A DNA stretch of 58,111 bases, filler included, from Catajapyx aquilonaris (Eukaryota), in assembly GCA_000934665.2 (NCBI GenBank). It is 4 parts of 4 records of this genome, joined end to end, with 100 filler letters (N's around TTAATTAATTAA, not from the genome) between each part and the next. Parts side by side here need not be neighbours in the genome. Positions count along the whole stretch, not along the records: positions 1 to 14,439 come from JYFJ02007776.1; 3 more parts are not named here. The stretch is one strand, 5' to 3'. The notes below the pieces were generated by a model. That model was not told the origin of the DNA. It did no database searches and saw only the letters and a program-made list of their open reading frames with translations. Below are positions 1 through 11,376 of the stretch, piece by piece (within the stretch, counting starts at the first letter, position 1; each line of letters opens with the position of its first letter). A program made the position numbers and the translations under genes.

Positions 1-827
1 CCGGAAATGACTCCTGGCGGTCTCAGGTGAGCGCCCGGTGCAAAACGCCCCGGCAGGGGGTGGGTGGGAGTGACCAGACCTTACTTATATGACCGTGCTT
101 CAGACAGACTCAAACTGGCTGGCTCTCAGGATAACCAACTTACGCAGGAGCGTCCGTGACATTCTCACCGATACGAATGTAAGCTTAATATTATTAGAAA
201 CACAGAGTATAGTCCAACCTCAGTAAATCTGAAGCGATCTGAAGGCGGTCCAAAGCCAATCTTATCTTCAAACGAGATCTTGAGCAATAAAATCCAGTCG
301 ACTTGGCAGCATTGGCATGCCATAAATGCAAGTAGCCTATGCCTGTACAGTGACACTACGACTGTGAGTGATTGACTTAATTGTCCAAGATATTTCGTTT
401 AGTTCGGGCAGTGAGAATGGGATTGTGGACTGCCTCAAGATTTCAGCTCGACTGCACGCGTCTTTTGCATTTCATTATAACTTCAATAATACTGTACAGC
501 ACAAAAATATTTCCAATCCTGCTTCGTCTCATTAGCAGCCTACTGTTAGCAGGCTTCTCTATAATGAAATAGTTTATGAGAGAAACCTATACCAATGGCA
601 GCAGGTTAAAAATGGGAAAATAAATCATCAAACTTATTACTTTTCTATGCGCTGAAACTTTTAATTTACTTAGCTGAAATCATATTCGCAGGTGTAACTG
701 TATACATTCTAGATGAAATTTTTAAACTATAAAACCAATAAGAAATAACAATTCCTTTTTAAAATGCAATCCCCTCATTTTCATATGTTTTTCTTGCCTT
801 GTTCCATCTTATCCGATTTTCAGCCTC

Positions 828-959
828 GCGAGAAACGCCTTCTCGCCACGATTTGTGGCAGCGAGACGTGCCCCAGTATCTCACTAACACTCGCATCTCG
901 TAGTGCTATGCAAGAGAATGCAATTCTCTGCCAAAAGGTGGCGAGAAAGCGTTTCTCGC
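828..959. repeat. Short inverted-repeat (MITE-like) hairpin
   Basis: GCGAGAAACGCCTTCTCGCCAC (828-849) and GTGGCGAGAAAGCGTTTCTCGC (938-959) are reverse complements with 1 mismatch. Confidence 0.55.
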
Positions 960-1023
960 CAACTTGTGAACCCATCTTAATCTGAATATGTTATCCTCCA
1001 GCGAGGGCTCTCATGGCCTTAAT

Positions 1024-1090
1024 TCAGCGGTCTCCAACCTTTTGTAGTCGCGGAACCTTTTTTCTTGACAAAACCTTGCTGAAACCCCTG
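1024..1090 (+). mobile_element. hAT-type non-autonomous element terminus (fragment)
   Basis: CAGCGGTCTCCAACCTTTT...CGCGGAACC resembles the CAGYGGTTCCCAAMCTTTT...GGAACCCCT ends of hAT/Charlie-like MITEs. No partner end found. Confidence 0.35.
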
Positions 1091-1399
1091 CAATAAAACC
1101 CCATGCCAATTTTTTTAAACCGTATTTGCCGTACTCCTCTACCTTTCCGGCCAAGGTCGGCGTGTATTTAGCCGCCCCAGAGCCGCCCTAACAAGCTGAA
1201 AGCCGCATTAGTGGAAATCTCGGGAACGCTCTCGTCTCGCCTGACCTTAATTGCATAAAATTGTAAGCTCTCACATTTTAAAGGTCATTCTAGAGAGGCA
1301 AGCGTCCGTAAGTCTGATAATTTGCAGTCTCGTTACTAAAAATTATTATTGGTTCTTTAAAATTACCGGTATGCAATTAAACGAACTGAAACCATTTGT

Positions 1400-2960
1400 C
1401 CCATTTTGATAAAGACTGGAGTCGACTAAGTGCATCAAATGCGACATAAGTATTTCCAGGTAGGAGAGAGTTTTGGGAAGCGTGACCAATTACTGTTAAG
1501 TTACAGTACATATCGAGTAAACAGAATTATGGCGATCAAGCGAGTCAAAGTTTTTCCAATAAATCCTGTTGAAGACCGATGGTCTAATTCATAAAAATAA
1601 TATTAAATTAAAATAATGTAGCATGTCTGTCACCAGTTAAGACACATTTTCCTCTGAGATACCAACAATTTCATAGTTATAATCCCATTGAAAAATTGAC
1701 CAGGAATTCACCAAAAATGGCATATAATTATGGTAGCAAGGTTTTAATTTCCTATTTGTCAGTCCATTATATATTTTCACGAAACATTCGAAAATTATAG
1801 GTTGATCAGCACGCAGGTTGGACTCAAGATATCGAGGCGCGCATCTAAGATGTTTTATCTATAATGTATATAAGGTGTTCGCCTCACGCCAGCATGAAAA
1901 TAATAAATTGTTCCATTAAAACGTAATTACTAGCTTATATTACGAAATGATCAGGAAGAAGGGCAACAAATTTAGCCTAAATTATATAACGTATACAATA
2001 TGACGGATGAGTAAAAATTCTGCACGCACTATAGGCCTATACAAGAAGTATGTGAAAACTGTCGCTTAAACAACCTTCAGTATACGTACAGTATTATGCT
2101 GCCAGTGTGAATCTCAGTTTTCCTCTAGACTCTGAAATGTTGAAACTTCAGGTAATTGCGAATTTATAATTTTCTCCACCTGGTATTTCCGCAAAGCCTT
2201 TTGAATGATGGCCTCTAAAAACTATTTGTTGCTATAAATGCATGCAACATTAAAGCTGCAACAGTAATGCTGCAAAGCTGAAAGCTTTAACGACTAATTA
2301 CATGATTTCTTTGAATTTTGTCTCGTAAGACATCTAACATACAAAATGTCTCTAAAATTAATATAAGTTAACTAATCATTTTCACTCTACACATTCAGCA
2401 TATTCAGGGTGGTAACTACCGGAATTGCTTCATGTAGCGAGGTCCATTGTCCTCTTCTAAGAGCAAAATATTTGATGTGTAATGTTTGTCATCGAAACGT
2501 AATTGCTGATTACGGCGGCAATGTTATCCTTGGCGGTGCAGTGTAAGGAATATCCTGCAGCGTATGTCACCCGTCAAGCAAGGATGCTAGCTGTGTAATG
2601 TGATATGCAGGATATTCTCTAAACCACATTGGTAGTATAAACCAGACTTAATTTGGCCGTAATTATGTCTCCAAGCCGATAATATTTTGGTGTTATAAAT
2701 TAGGACTACCTGAAGCAACTCCGGGACTTACATTTTATCATCTACAGGAGACTTACATAATAACCGATAATAACTGTGTGCCTATAAGTACTGTAGGCCT
2801 ATATGAAGCAATTTCATCCGTCACTGTTCTTTTGTATCCTTAAAATCAGCAGAACTTACATGCTAGGAAAGTCCACAAGGAAGGCTCAATAACATTACAA
2901 TTTGTAAAAAATTATGTTACGACTAATTTCGTAAATTATTGACAAGACTCGCATTCTGGA
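1400..2960 (-). pseudogene. Highly degenerate PIF1-family (Helitron/Helentron-type) helicase fossil
   Basis: Minus-strand remnants lie in correct motif order: IIYEIS (~2940, cf. IIDEIS), IIGLGD..*LRP (~2670, cf. GDxxQLxP), QLRFDDKHY..LRRG (~2480, cf. QxR..D..Y...LR.G), PGNTYVAFDALSRLQSL (~1440, cf. YVALSR). Many stops and frameshifts. Confidence 0.45.
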
Positions 2961-3359
2961 AAATGGCTTATTAAATGTTCCTGCTCCATATACTACAGCA
3001 ATACTTTCTCCAGAGATGGTTCAAAACCTGGTTCCGTCACACTTCGCTCGAAGCAAACTAGCCCGATGCAAATTCGCCTGACAACAACTCGGCCGACGAA
3101 AAGTCAAGGTCAGAAGCCATTTGTTGTATTAAAACATTTTTCTCCATTGGGGAAAGGTTTGATGTGAGCAAAATTTTCCGGGCTTCCTTTAGAATCCCAT
3201 GACGATTTTTGAGGTCAGTAGGCTTACAATCCAAAAAGCTGTTACTTGGGTGCTCTTTTTTTTCGGATGTTGTATAAATTGTATCAACATGTTACAGCAG
3301 TGCAGAGAGTGTTAAGCATTAATAAAAAATATAATCCTGTGATATCATGATCATTTTTT

Positions 3360-3560
3360 AATTATTTTTATTTAATTTACCCCGTGATAGGGCGGAGCCC
3401 TTTTAGGTGGGAAGGGAGGTTCCCAAGGGAGGGCGCTGTAATTATAGTCATTTTTTTTTACTTTTTGGAATACACCAGACCTTTTCTCCTGGCCCTGGGC
3501 AGAGTAGGGAGTGCCATTCTGCCTCGGAATGTTGGGTGAAAAGCGGAAAAAGACCTGGTC
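3360..3560 (-). mobile_element. 3' end of a non-LTR retroelement (LINE-like tail)
   Basis: Minus strand reads FTQHSEAEWHSL (cf. the EWNSLP-type ORF2 C-terminus), then CCCACCTAAAAGGGCTCCGCCCTATCACGGGGTAA and an AT-rich tail. The same tail occurs at ~4885 and ~11180. Confidence 0.4.
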
Positions 3561-4643
3561 AAGCAGAGGTGACGGGGAATATCATGATCATCATTATTAT
3601 ATCGGGCCTATTCAGGCAACGATATCCCCAGCTGTTAGATACTGTGCATGTAACGCCATTATTTATTCTTCTGTCGGAGACCACAAGTAATATGGTATAC
3701 CTATTACACATCAGCGATGTAAATAATTTTGTGAATATAAACCTTGTTGAATTCATTTATTAACACCCTGAATAATAATTCCACGAAATATTTTCAGACC
3801 AGTTAGGCTACACGCGATATTCCGATATTAAATGACGTATAACAGCCATAAGAGCAGTCAACTTCTTTTCGAGTTTGCGTCAGACTCCTGCTTCATCATG
3901 ATTGTGATTTCAAAGAAATCAACTAATTCAGCCAAAAATACCCTAAAACCAAAGCAATTACAGAAGCCGCTCCTACAGTACGAGGCCACCACATTTGACG
4001 AGGGAAGAAACAAGAACGCAGATAAATGTCGCTGTAGGCTAATGAGCTGGGGGCGTCGCGTCGACGTCGCTGAAGAGAATATTCTTGCAACGAGGAATCC
4101 AGGGGTGAAAAAAGTGACGGCGAAATGTCAGGAATCCATTTGTCCATTACATAATTATAAAGAATGTAGTCTAGTATCGGGAATGGGTCCACCTGAAAAC
4201 ATTATTATATGAGTGTCACTCGGTCACTGAATATATACGTAAGTGCATTATTAAGTCACTATGAATCACCATCATAATTGCCCAGTGGATAATCATGACC
4301 AGAATGTGATCTAAAAGCTTTCTGTGGGTGAAATGCTGTGAAATATAAGGTCGAAGATGTGATTTGTAGCCTTATTAATAGACTAATAGATAAGTTACTA
4401 TATTGCGGAACACACACTGTGGAGGTGGAGGTATAGAGTTACCGTATCCGTATGTCATTATGTCATGATTCCAAAATACCAAACCTTTAAAAAACGCCAG
4501 ACAAAAATATTCTTGACCTTATAATTTACATAACCCGAAATGAGTATGATATTATTAGATGATAAGATTTTGACACCTTAGTTGTAAAATTAATTACCTT
4601 TTACGTATAAGAGGCATGTCACTCCATCATGAGGTTTCAGACC

Positions 4644-4955
4644 GAAGCAGTGGTAGCAGAGGGGATATGGTATCCGACTGCTAATCGGAAGGTCCTGGGT
4701 TCGAATCCCGGTGGCCGCCGACCCTCACCGTGGTTTTCTGTGGTTTCCCATGGTCTCACCAGGAAAATTCCGGGGTCGTGTCCGTAATTGTAGGCCACAG
4801 CCGCTTCCTTCCGTCCCTATCCCATCCCCATATACGAGAAGTAAAAACGAAAGCAAGAGTTCCAGATATAAAAAAATATGATGGTATCCCACCCCCCTAA
4901 GAGGGCCCATGGCCCTAGCACGGAGTACAATATATTATTATTATTATTATTATAT
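4644..4955 (+). mobile_element. tRNA-derived SINE
   Basis: A-box-like TGGTAGCAGAGGGG (4651), anticodon-like stem-loop TCCGA-CTGCTAA-TCGGA, B box GGTTCGAATCC (4698-4708). Central GTGGTTTTCTGTGGTTTCCC...CCAGGAAAATTCCGGG...GGCCACAGCCGCTTCCTTCC resembles the conserved body of Lm1/Talua-type insect SINEs. 3' hairpin tail and (TTA)n end. Confidence 0.8.
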
Positions 4956-5399
4956 CATGACGTTTCAGGTTGTTTGTAAGCACGGCCATGAGTAAAAGAG
5001 AGCTACAGTAAATTATTTTCATTTCGATGCTTTTTGTACATATTCAAAAATCTGAAGTACTGTACATAGAATGCAGTTATCACATTCTTTTGTGATGTGT
5101 ATAGAATATATACACAGTATATTTTAAGTTGGCATTATATATACAGGGACATGTCATACAGGGGACAGCATATTCTGGAGATTATGGGAGTAGTACAATA
5201 TCAACATAAAAGATGAGGGTAACTTTAAAAAACGGAGAACCTCCCTTGTATAATATTGACTGGTCCAGAAACCTTTGTTACACCCTATATTAAATGGAAG
5301 AATGTGAAGGGTATAAAAATATCCTTTGTCACGTTTTTCCGCTAGATGAAGTGCCAGAAAATATGGCAAGTGGGTTGTCATCTAGCCCGTGTTGCCGTC

Positions 5400-5522
5400 T
5401 CATGGATTATATGTGAACTTTGAGTATACTAAAATGTTTGTCATGTCTTTTACATAGTTTCTAAGTGTTTAGGTCAAAAATGACAAAAATTTGGGTTATC
5501 ACGTTTTTCCACCACACCCCTC
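5400..5522. mobile_element. One arm of a Sola-like MITE (same family as 38752-38979)
   Basis: About 120 nt ending TTTCCACCACACCCCTC|AAAT is a reverse-complement homolog of 38752-38865. Confidence 0.6.
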
Positions 5523-6074
5523 AAATATCTTGGCAGGTCTTCGCGCGACCTTTCCCTTATTTCATTTCAATTTTAGTTGTTTCCATGCAATTTAAATTTA
5601 AGATACGATCCCGTTAGGTGTAGTAGTCAATGGCCTAAGCTAATGGAAAGGTCATAGGCTGCATCCGCGACATAAGAAGATGCTATAACGCACTCTTTAT
5701 TAAATGGTGATTATCCCGGTAACTATTCAGCGGAGACCCAAGATACTACAGCTAAAATGATCGCTTAGAATCCCTCAACCATCCTCCAAAGTGACGGTTG
5801 AAACTCTTATTTGACCAAAGTTCCCTCTCACTACTTATGCTACCTGATTTTTATTATGCTGCAGAGATATTTCCACATACAGAAATGTCTTCCCAAGTGG
5901 TCCTATAGCTTCCTGTAATGGTAGGTATAGGATATATATATTTTGCATATTTTTGTGACTAAAATCCCGTGTAGTATGCTGCAAGTAGTTTAACTGATTT
6001 ACACTTTCTTCGCCCCACAGGACGGCCAGGTATTGTACTAGCCCAACTGTTGGCTCGATGAGGCTGATGTTGTA

Positions 6075-6236
6075 CAGTGTTGGACATAAATTGAGGCATA
6101 CTGCCAGCGACATTTTCCGAAGCGGCAGAAGGAGTAATCTTGCTCGCCCGGCTTGAAGTATCCTTATCTTCGATTCCTTCTTTTGCCGCTTCGGAAAATG
6201 TCGCTATCAATATGCCTCGATTTATATCCAACACTG
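6075..6236. mobile_element. Tc1/mariner-type hairpin MITE
   Basis: TA|CAGTGTTGGACATAAA...TTTATATCCAACACTG|TA, with ~60-nt imperfect inverted arms and TA flanks. Confidence 0.8.
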
Positions 6237-6285
6237 TACAAAATACGTCACTTCATGGACTGTGTCACACCCTATACTTTAAATA

Positions 6286-6992
6286 CAGGGTCATCGAAAA
6301 AGAATGCTCGGAATTTGAAACCCTATAACTCAAAAACTTGTAGACATATCTAAATGATTTGAGCTTTGAACTGCTAGAAAATGTCTAAGGTTTTGGTCTC
6401 ACCTTAGTTTGTTTCGATAGGAGCTTCATTTGTCGCTCGGAAGATTTAAAAAGCGGTCTCGTGCCAAACCCGCCCAATCATATCTGAAGTTACCGTTGCA
6501 ATTCTATCCCGTAGGTGCTGGATATGACGGGTCTTTACACCATACACATTGTTCTTGATTATGCACATTAAAAAATAGTATCATCTATGAAACAACCCTG
6601 CCGTAGGAAAGTTTCATTTGTTCAGTCTCCCAGTGTGCGAAGTCTTGAATGAGAAGTTTCCCCATGCCTAGCCCACCCAGAAGCCCAGATCTTACCCCGA
6701 TTGACTTTTTTGTGGAGATACATGTATGGTGAAAAGATCCGGTATCAGCAGCATCTACGGGATAGGATCACAATGGTGCCTCCAGACATGTCTGAGCGGA
6801 TTAGGCACGACACCGATTACCGTAGCGTAATTACATTTGCCGAGCCACAAATGGAGCTCATATCGAAACAAACTATGGTGAGACCAAAACTTTAGACACT
6901 TCTTAGCATTTCAAAACTTAAATCATGTAGATGTCTACAAGTTTTCGAGTTTTCGAGTTTTTTTATTCGAGCATTCTTTTTCGATGACCCTG
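6286..6992. mobile_element. Internally deleted, fold-back Tc1/mariner-superfamily element
   Basis: TA|CAGGGTCATCGAAAAAGAATGCTCG...CGAGCATTCTTTTTCGATGACCCTG|TA. Internal plus-strand transposase remnant NEKFP..PPRSPDLTPIDF-LW..HLRDRIT..CRATNGAHIE (cf. WPPRSPDLTPLDFFLWG). Confidence 0.85.
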
Positions 6993-7600
6993 TATTATGA
7001 AGCCACCCAAACTCAATTCTGCTATATTCAAATGTTGCGACATGTCGTCATGACACTCTTTAGCCTACCATTATTGTACTTTGCTTTTTTCTAACACTTG
7101 ATTGTAGCCTACTGTAACTTACAGTATACATATAGTGACATGCTCTGCTGCGTTAAGGATTTGACAAATATAACTTTGATGCATGGTTTTAACACTGTAA
7201 GAATATAATTATTATTTATTTGATAAGTAAGGTTTAGTACAATATTTTTGGGTTCATTAGTAGCATAAAATCGCAATTTCCTAACTTAATTTCCCTGCAC
7301 TATGCTATAGTTCCCAGACTGTCGCAAAAACGGAAAGTTGGAGAAAAAAAGCATGCAGTTCTGCTCTTATATTGATCGTCCCAAGCTTGTAAGGCTCGTA
7401 ACTGCAGCTGAATAATTCATTGCTGCAATTTATTTCATCCAATTCTAAATTGACAAAACAACATAATCAATTTGCACTATCCTCCAAGCTACTTGAAGAC
7501 GACGATTTGGTCAAGTTTACAACATAAACATTGTGTCACTCCAAGTATGTGAAGTCTTCCTAATGAAAAATACACGTGCGTAATAGCTAAAAGAGTATTT

Positions 7601-7870
7601 GAAGACCTCGGGGGAAGAACGATCAAGGTCCAGGTCCTCAGGCTGGTGACCCTGATACCGTGTATATTATTATTCAAATTTCAAATTTCGGAGGCCCATA
7701 AGGTTCCATTGTAAATCCCACTTTCGGGGCCTTCCATAGTGACCTATATGATTATTACTCCACAACCACGACCAAACCATCATATTCTAGGCTAGTGAAA
7801 CTATCTTCTGAGATAGGTAACTCATTTTTGACAATAAGTGGACCTTGATCGTTCTTCCCCCGGGGTCTTC
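7601..7870. mobile_element. MITE with 4-bp ATTT target-site duplication (Sola-like)
   Basis: ATTT|GAAGACCTCGGGGGAAGAACGATCAAGGTCCA...TGGACCTTGATCGTTCTTCCCCGGGGTCTTC|ATTT. Confidence 0.8.
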
Positions 7871-9384
7871 ATTTACTGTATAACATTCATCTCAATTCAT
7901 TCTCCAACCTACATCAATATTGGCATAAAGTGTGCAAATATGATCTAGATACCATTAGCACTATACCATGATAGCCTACACAAACAAATCAACCAAATAT
8001 TTTATTGTTTTGGTCCTACTGACTAAAGATTTGGTTGAAACGAATCGCATACCCATCAACCAATTAGATTTTCCAAGGTAACCAAAATATTGATTGAAAC
8101 AATCTAATTTATCTCAACCAAATAGTTATAGTTACTTCAATCATTTATATTTTCTTGGCCTATAGAATAACTTTTTTTACATATTCACTATTATTATAAA
8201 TATTCAGGGGAGCTTTAGCAAAAATTAAACTTTGCTATTTTTCAATTTTTTCAATTTTTTGAACGAAGAGACACTTATCGCGGCAGCTATAAATAATTTT
8301 GGGCCAAAAGTGGTGTAACCCCAATGTAAATTCAGAACCCGACAATTAGCGCAACATTTTATGCATATGTTTTAATGTCCAGTAGCCTACTCGACTGAGG
8401 TAATGTGCCGCAGACGTGACCGCACCAACTGATACTTTGAACAAATATTAATTAAGCGTTTGGTGTCCAAACCCTTTTATCGCTACTTCTAAAAGCACCT
8501 TTGGTAGAGTGCGGTCCAAATGCTCTACACAGGAAGCGCCTAAAATCCAATTCCCAATTTCACGCAGGACGGACATAATTGGCGTGATTTTGCACAAGTG
8601 GTCAATCACTGCTTTCCGCATGCTATTTCCTGTTTTACCTCACTTCACAACACATCTGCACCTCTTCTCTTTCAGGCAAAAAAAGCACTAACTGCCATAG
8701 ATGGGGCTGTTGTAGATACAAACTACTGACATTCAACCATAAGTTTTATATGAATTTTGGTCGTCTGTGCATATGCTGATGTCTTAGAGAGGACCAATAT
8801 CATGTAGACTTACAAGCGTCACATCCTCTCAAAGGTACAGCAGATCTTACCCTTAGTGTATCGCCTAGAATTCCTCATGCAAATCCAACTTTTGTTCATA
8901 ATCAGGTTCTCAAATATTGCTGTCCGAGGCCCTCTGACTTTCCAGGTGGGATATGAACTGAACTTTACACCTCGCATTTGCAGTCCATTATTCCGACAAC
9001 GATGTTTTCATTAAGTGATCCTCTGGTCAAGAAGAGTAAACAGTTTGTCCTTATTATTACGTAACACCCTATCTATGTCACCTCATAACGTTGACTCAGC
9101 ATAAATTAAAATATTTAAAAACTTAATCACGAACCTCGCTGTACGGGTATGACTGTGGCCTACAGCATATCTTAGGTCGCCTCACTGCAAATGTTTGGAC
9201 CATGCTTGTGTACAGTATAAAACTTTCCAAACTCCTGGAAAGTTACATCAAAAGTCATGATAGCGTAAATTTAGTGTGCTAGTTCTCTGAAGGTTGTAGG
9301 TCAAGTTGTATTTGGTCTTAAAAGCAATGCTTTCATATACTGTAGGTTAGGCGAGAATCTCTTGAGGGTTAGGCGAGCGAATGT

Positions 9385-9637
9385 GAGGTTTTTTTTGGAA
9401 AAAGGGCAGATGTCACTAAAAGTGAATTTCCCAGGAAAGACATAAATGTGTCTGTCTCGGCCATTGCTCACAATGTTAATTTGAGAATTAGATTTTGATT
9501 TGCGACTAGTAGAACTGCCTTTTTGGCTTGAGAAATTTTTCCACGTGAGCGTCAGGGTTGCCAGATGAATATACTGACGTGGTATAGTTTGAAATTGGGA
9601 ATTACTTGACATCTGCCCTTTTTCCAAAAAACCCCTC
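9385..9637. mobile_element. MITE with GAG...CTC ends and ATGT TSD (Sola-like)
   Basis: ATGT|GAGGTTTTTTTTGGAAAAAGGGCAGATGTCA...TGACATCTGCCCTTTTTCCAAAAAACCCCTC|ATGT. Confidence 0.75.
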
Positions 9638-11089
9638 ATGTGTGAGATGTGAGTATTAAAATGTACCATTTCCTCTCCTCTTCACAAATAGTATCTCCTA
9701 AAGAATTGGTGCGTGTAATAGAAAAAAATAGATATGAATAATTACTGTATATTGACTGTAACGAGTCATATTTGTGACAGCAGAGATGTTCTATGTTTGT
9801 CTGCGCTTAAAAAGCAGGCTCAGATGCTCGCGTTGTAAGGCTCAAATTTGCAGTCACGCTAGGATTAAACGCTTGCCTAATTAAATATTAAAAGAGTATT
9901 TTAAATATTAATTATCCCCTTCACGTTTCACAAGTTTTTTTTCCCGTCCCTTTTCTTACTGGTGCATAAAGATTTGAGTGGCACTGTAGCCTCGGTATGG
10001 AGATCCTAATTATAAATCTTGGGAAAGTTTCATTATCACTTTAGTATTCATGCCATATCTTCACGTTTCTCGTAACAACTTTTCTCAACCACTAGATTTG
10101 TTAAAATATTCATATCTGATCCCCTAGTGAAAATGAGCGTGAGAATTTCCCAGTTTTCCACGCCTCCGCAAGTGATTCACGTGCTAGTCCTAATTTTTTA
10201 AATCTAAATAATTAAAGGGATATCGGACAGCTCTTTAAAAGGTCTGCAATGTGACGTAATAAGGTCACACCATAAGTGACTGTCACAATCTACAAGTTCC
10301 AGTCTGTGTTACAATAAAATATTTGTCGAATGCAGATAACATTATTACCCCAGTGCCAGCATATGCAGCGATATGAATTCGACACCTTACCTGCATCATA
10401 AGAGTGGAAGACACCTGTAGCAATTTCACGATACTGACATGTGTTCTGAAAGCATGGCCGAAATTCACTACTGAGGTAGAGCCTTCTTTGTTTTTTAAAA
10501 AAATCTTCCTAATCACATCCATGGCCAAACCTATCCGGCAGCCTTTGCATATCTCCCAGTGCAAATAAGAAGCAGAACGGCATCCCTCTCCGCAAACCAC
10601 ATAACACGTTGTTTGCCAAAACTTCCAACCAAAAAAAAACAAAAAAAAAAACACGGGCGATGGTATTCCTTCCAGTGCGAATAGAGCGAGAAAAAAAAAG
10701 ATCAGAAAGCACTCATAACTGCAAACACTTGTAAACCGGCGAGGCTCTACCGCACTCACTTCACTCACAACTGTTCAATTTGCCACTGGACTAAAGAAGA
10801 AGCCCCCGGCAACCCAAGTTTTGCGATACGTAGGAAATTCATTGACCTATATTCGCAACAGCCGATGTATTGTCTGTGGAAAGTGCAAATAGCCGCAGAC
10901 ACAACTCTTCACTCCCTCGCCATCTCTTGGGAATTACAAATACTCTGTATGATACTCTAGGCGCGGGAGATGGAACTTGATTGCCCGTGTGTACCATGCA
11001 GGGTGGTACGATATTCAAATGTCATTAGTTGCACCAGAGTTTTCGTTACGGGTCCAAAAGTAACTGTTTCATAGTAACTTACCTATAGT

Positions 11090-11222
11090 GATAGAAATCC
11101 CCATCCTTACCCCCATATCCTTTCATATTTGCACCGGAGTCAGAAGAAAAATTACAGAAAAATTGAATGATGGTGGTATTCCACCCCACTAAAAGGGCCT
11201 ATGGCCCTATCACGGGGTAATT

Positions 11223-11267
<45 letters not shown>

Positions 11268-11280
11268 ATACATAAAATAA
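11090..11280 (+). mobile_element. 5'-truncated SINE/LINE 3' tail with (TAAA)n
   Basis: ATGATGGTGGTATTCCACCCCACTAAAAGGGCCTATGGCCCTATCACGGGGTAA plus an (AAAT)n run; homologous to the tail of the SINE at 4644-4955. Confidence 0.6.
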
Positions 11281-11376
11281 TCATAATATCAAGGTGCACG
11301 GCAGTGCACCCCGCCAAGTCATCACTCCACATCACTCCACACCACACACACAGTCTACATTTCGACACATCACCTA

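Noticed and set aside
4644..4716. tRNA gene (GCT anticodon loop)
   Set aside because: No acceptor-stem pairing and no Ser-type long variable arm; it continues directly into a SINE body and tail, so it is a SINE head.
10283..10900. 161-aa minus-strand ORF / piggyBac cysteine-rich tail (CYVVCG..CKGCRIGL)
   Set aside because: Resemblance is limited to a few cysteines, the frame crosses poly-A runs, and no DDD core or TTAA-flanked TIR was found.
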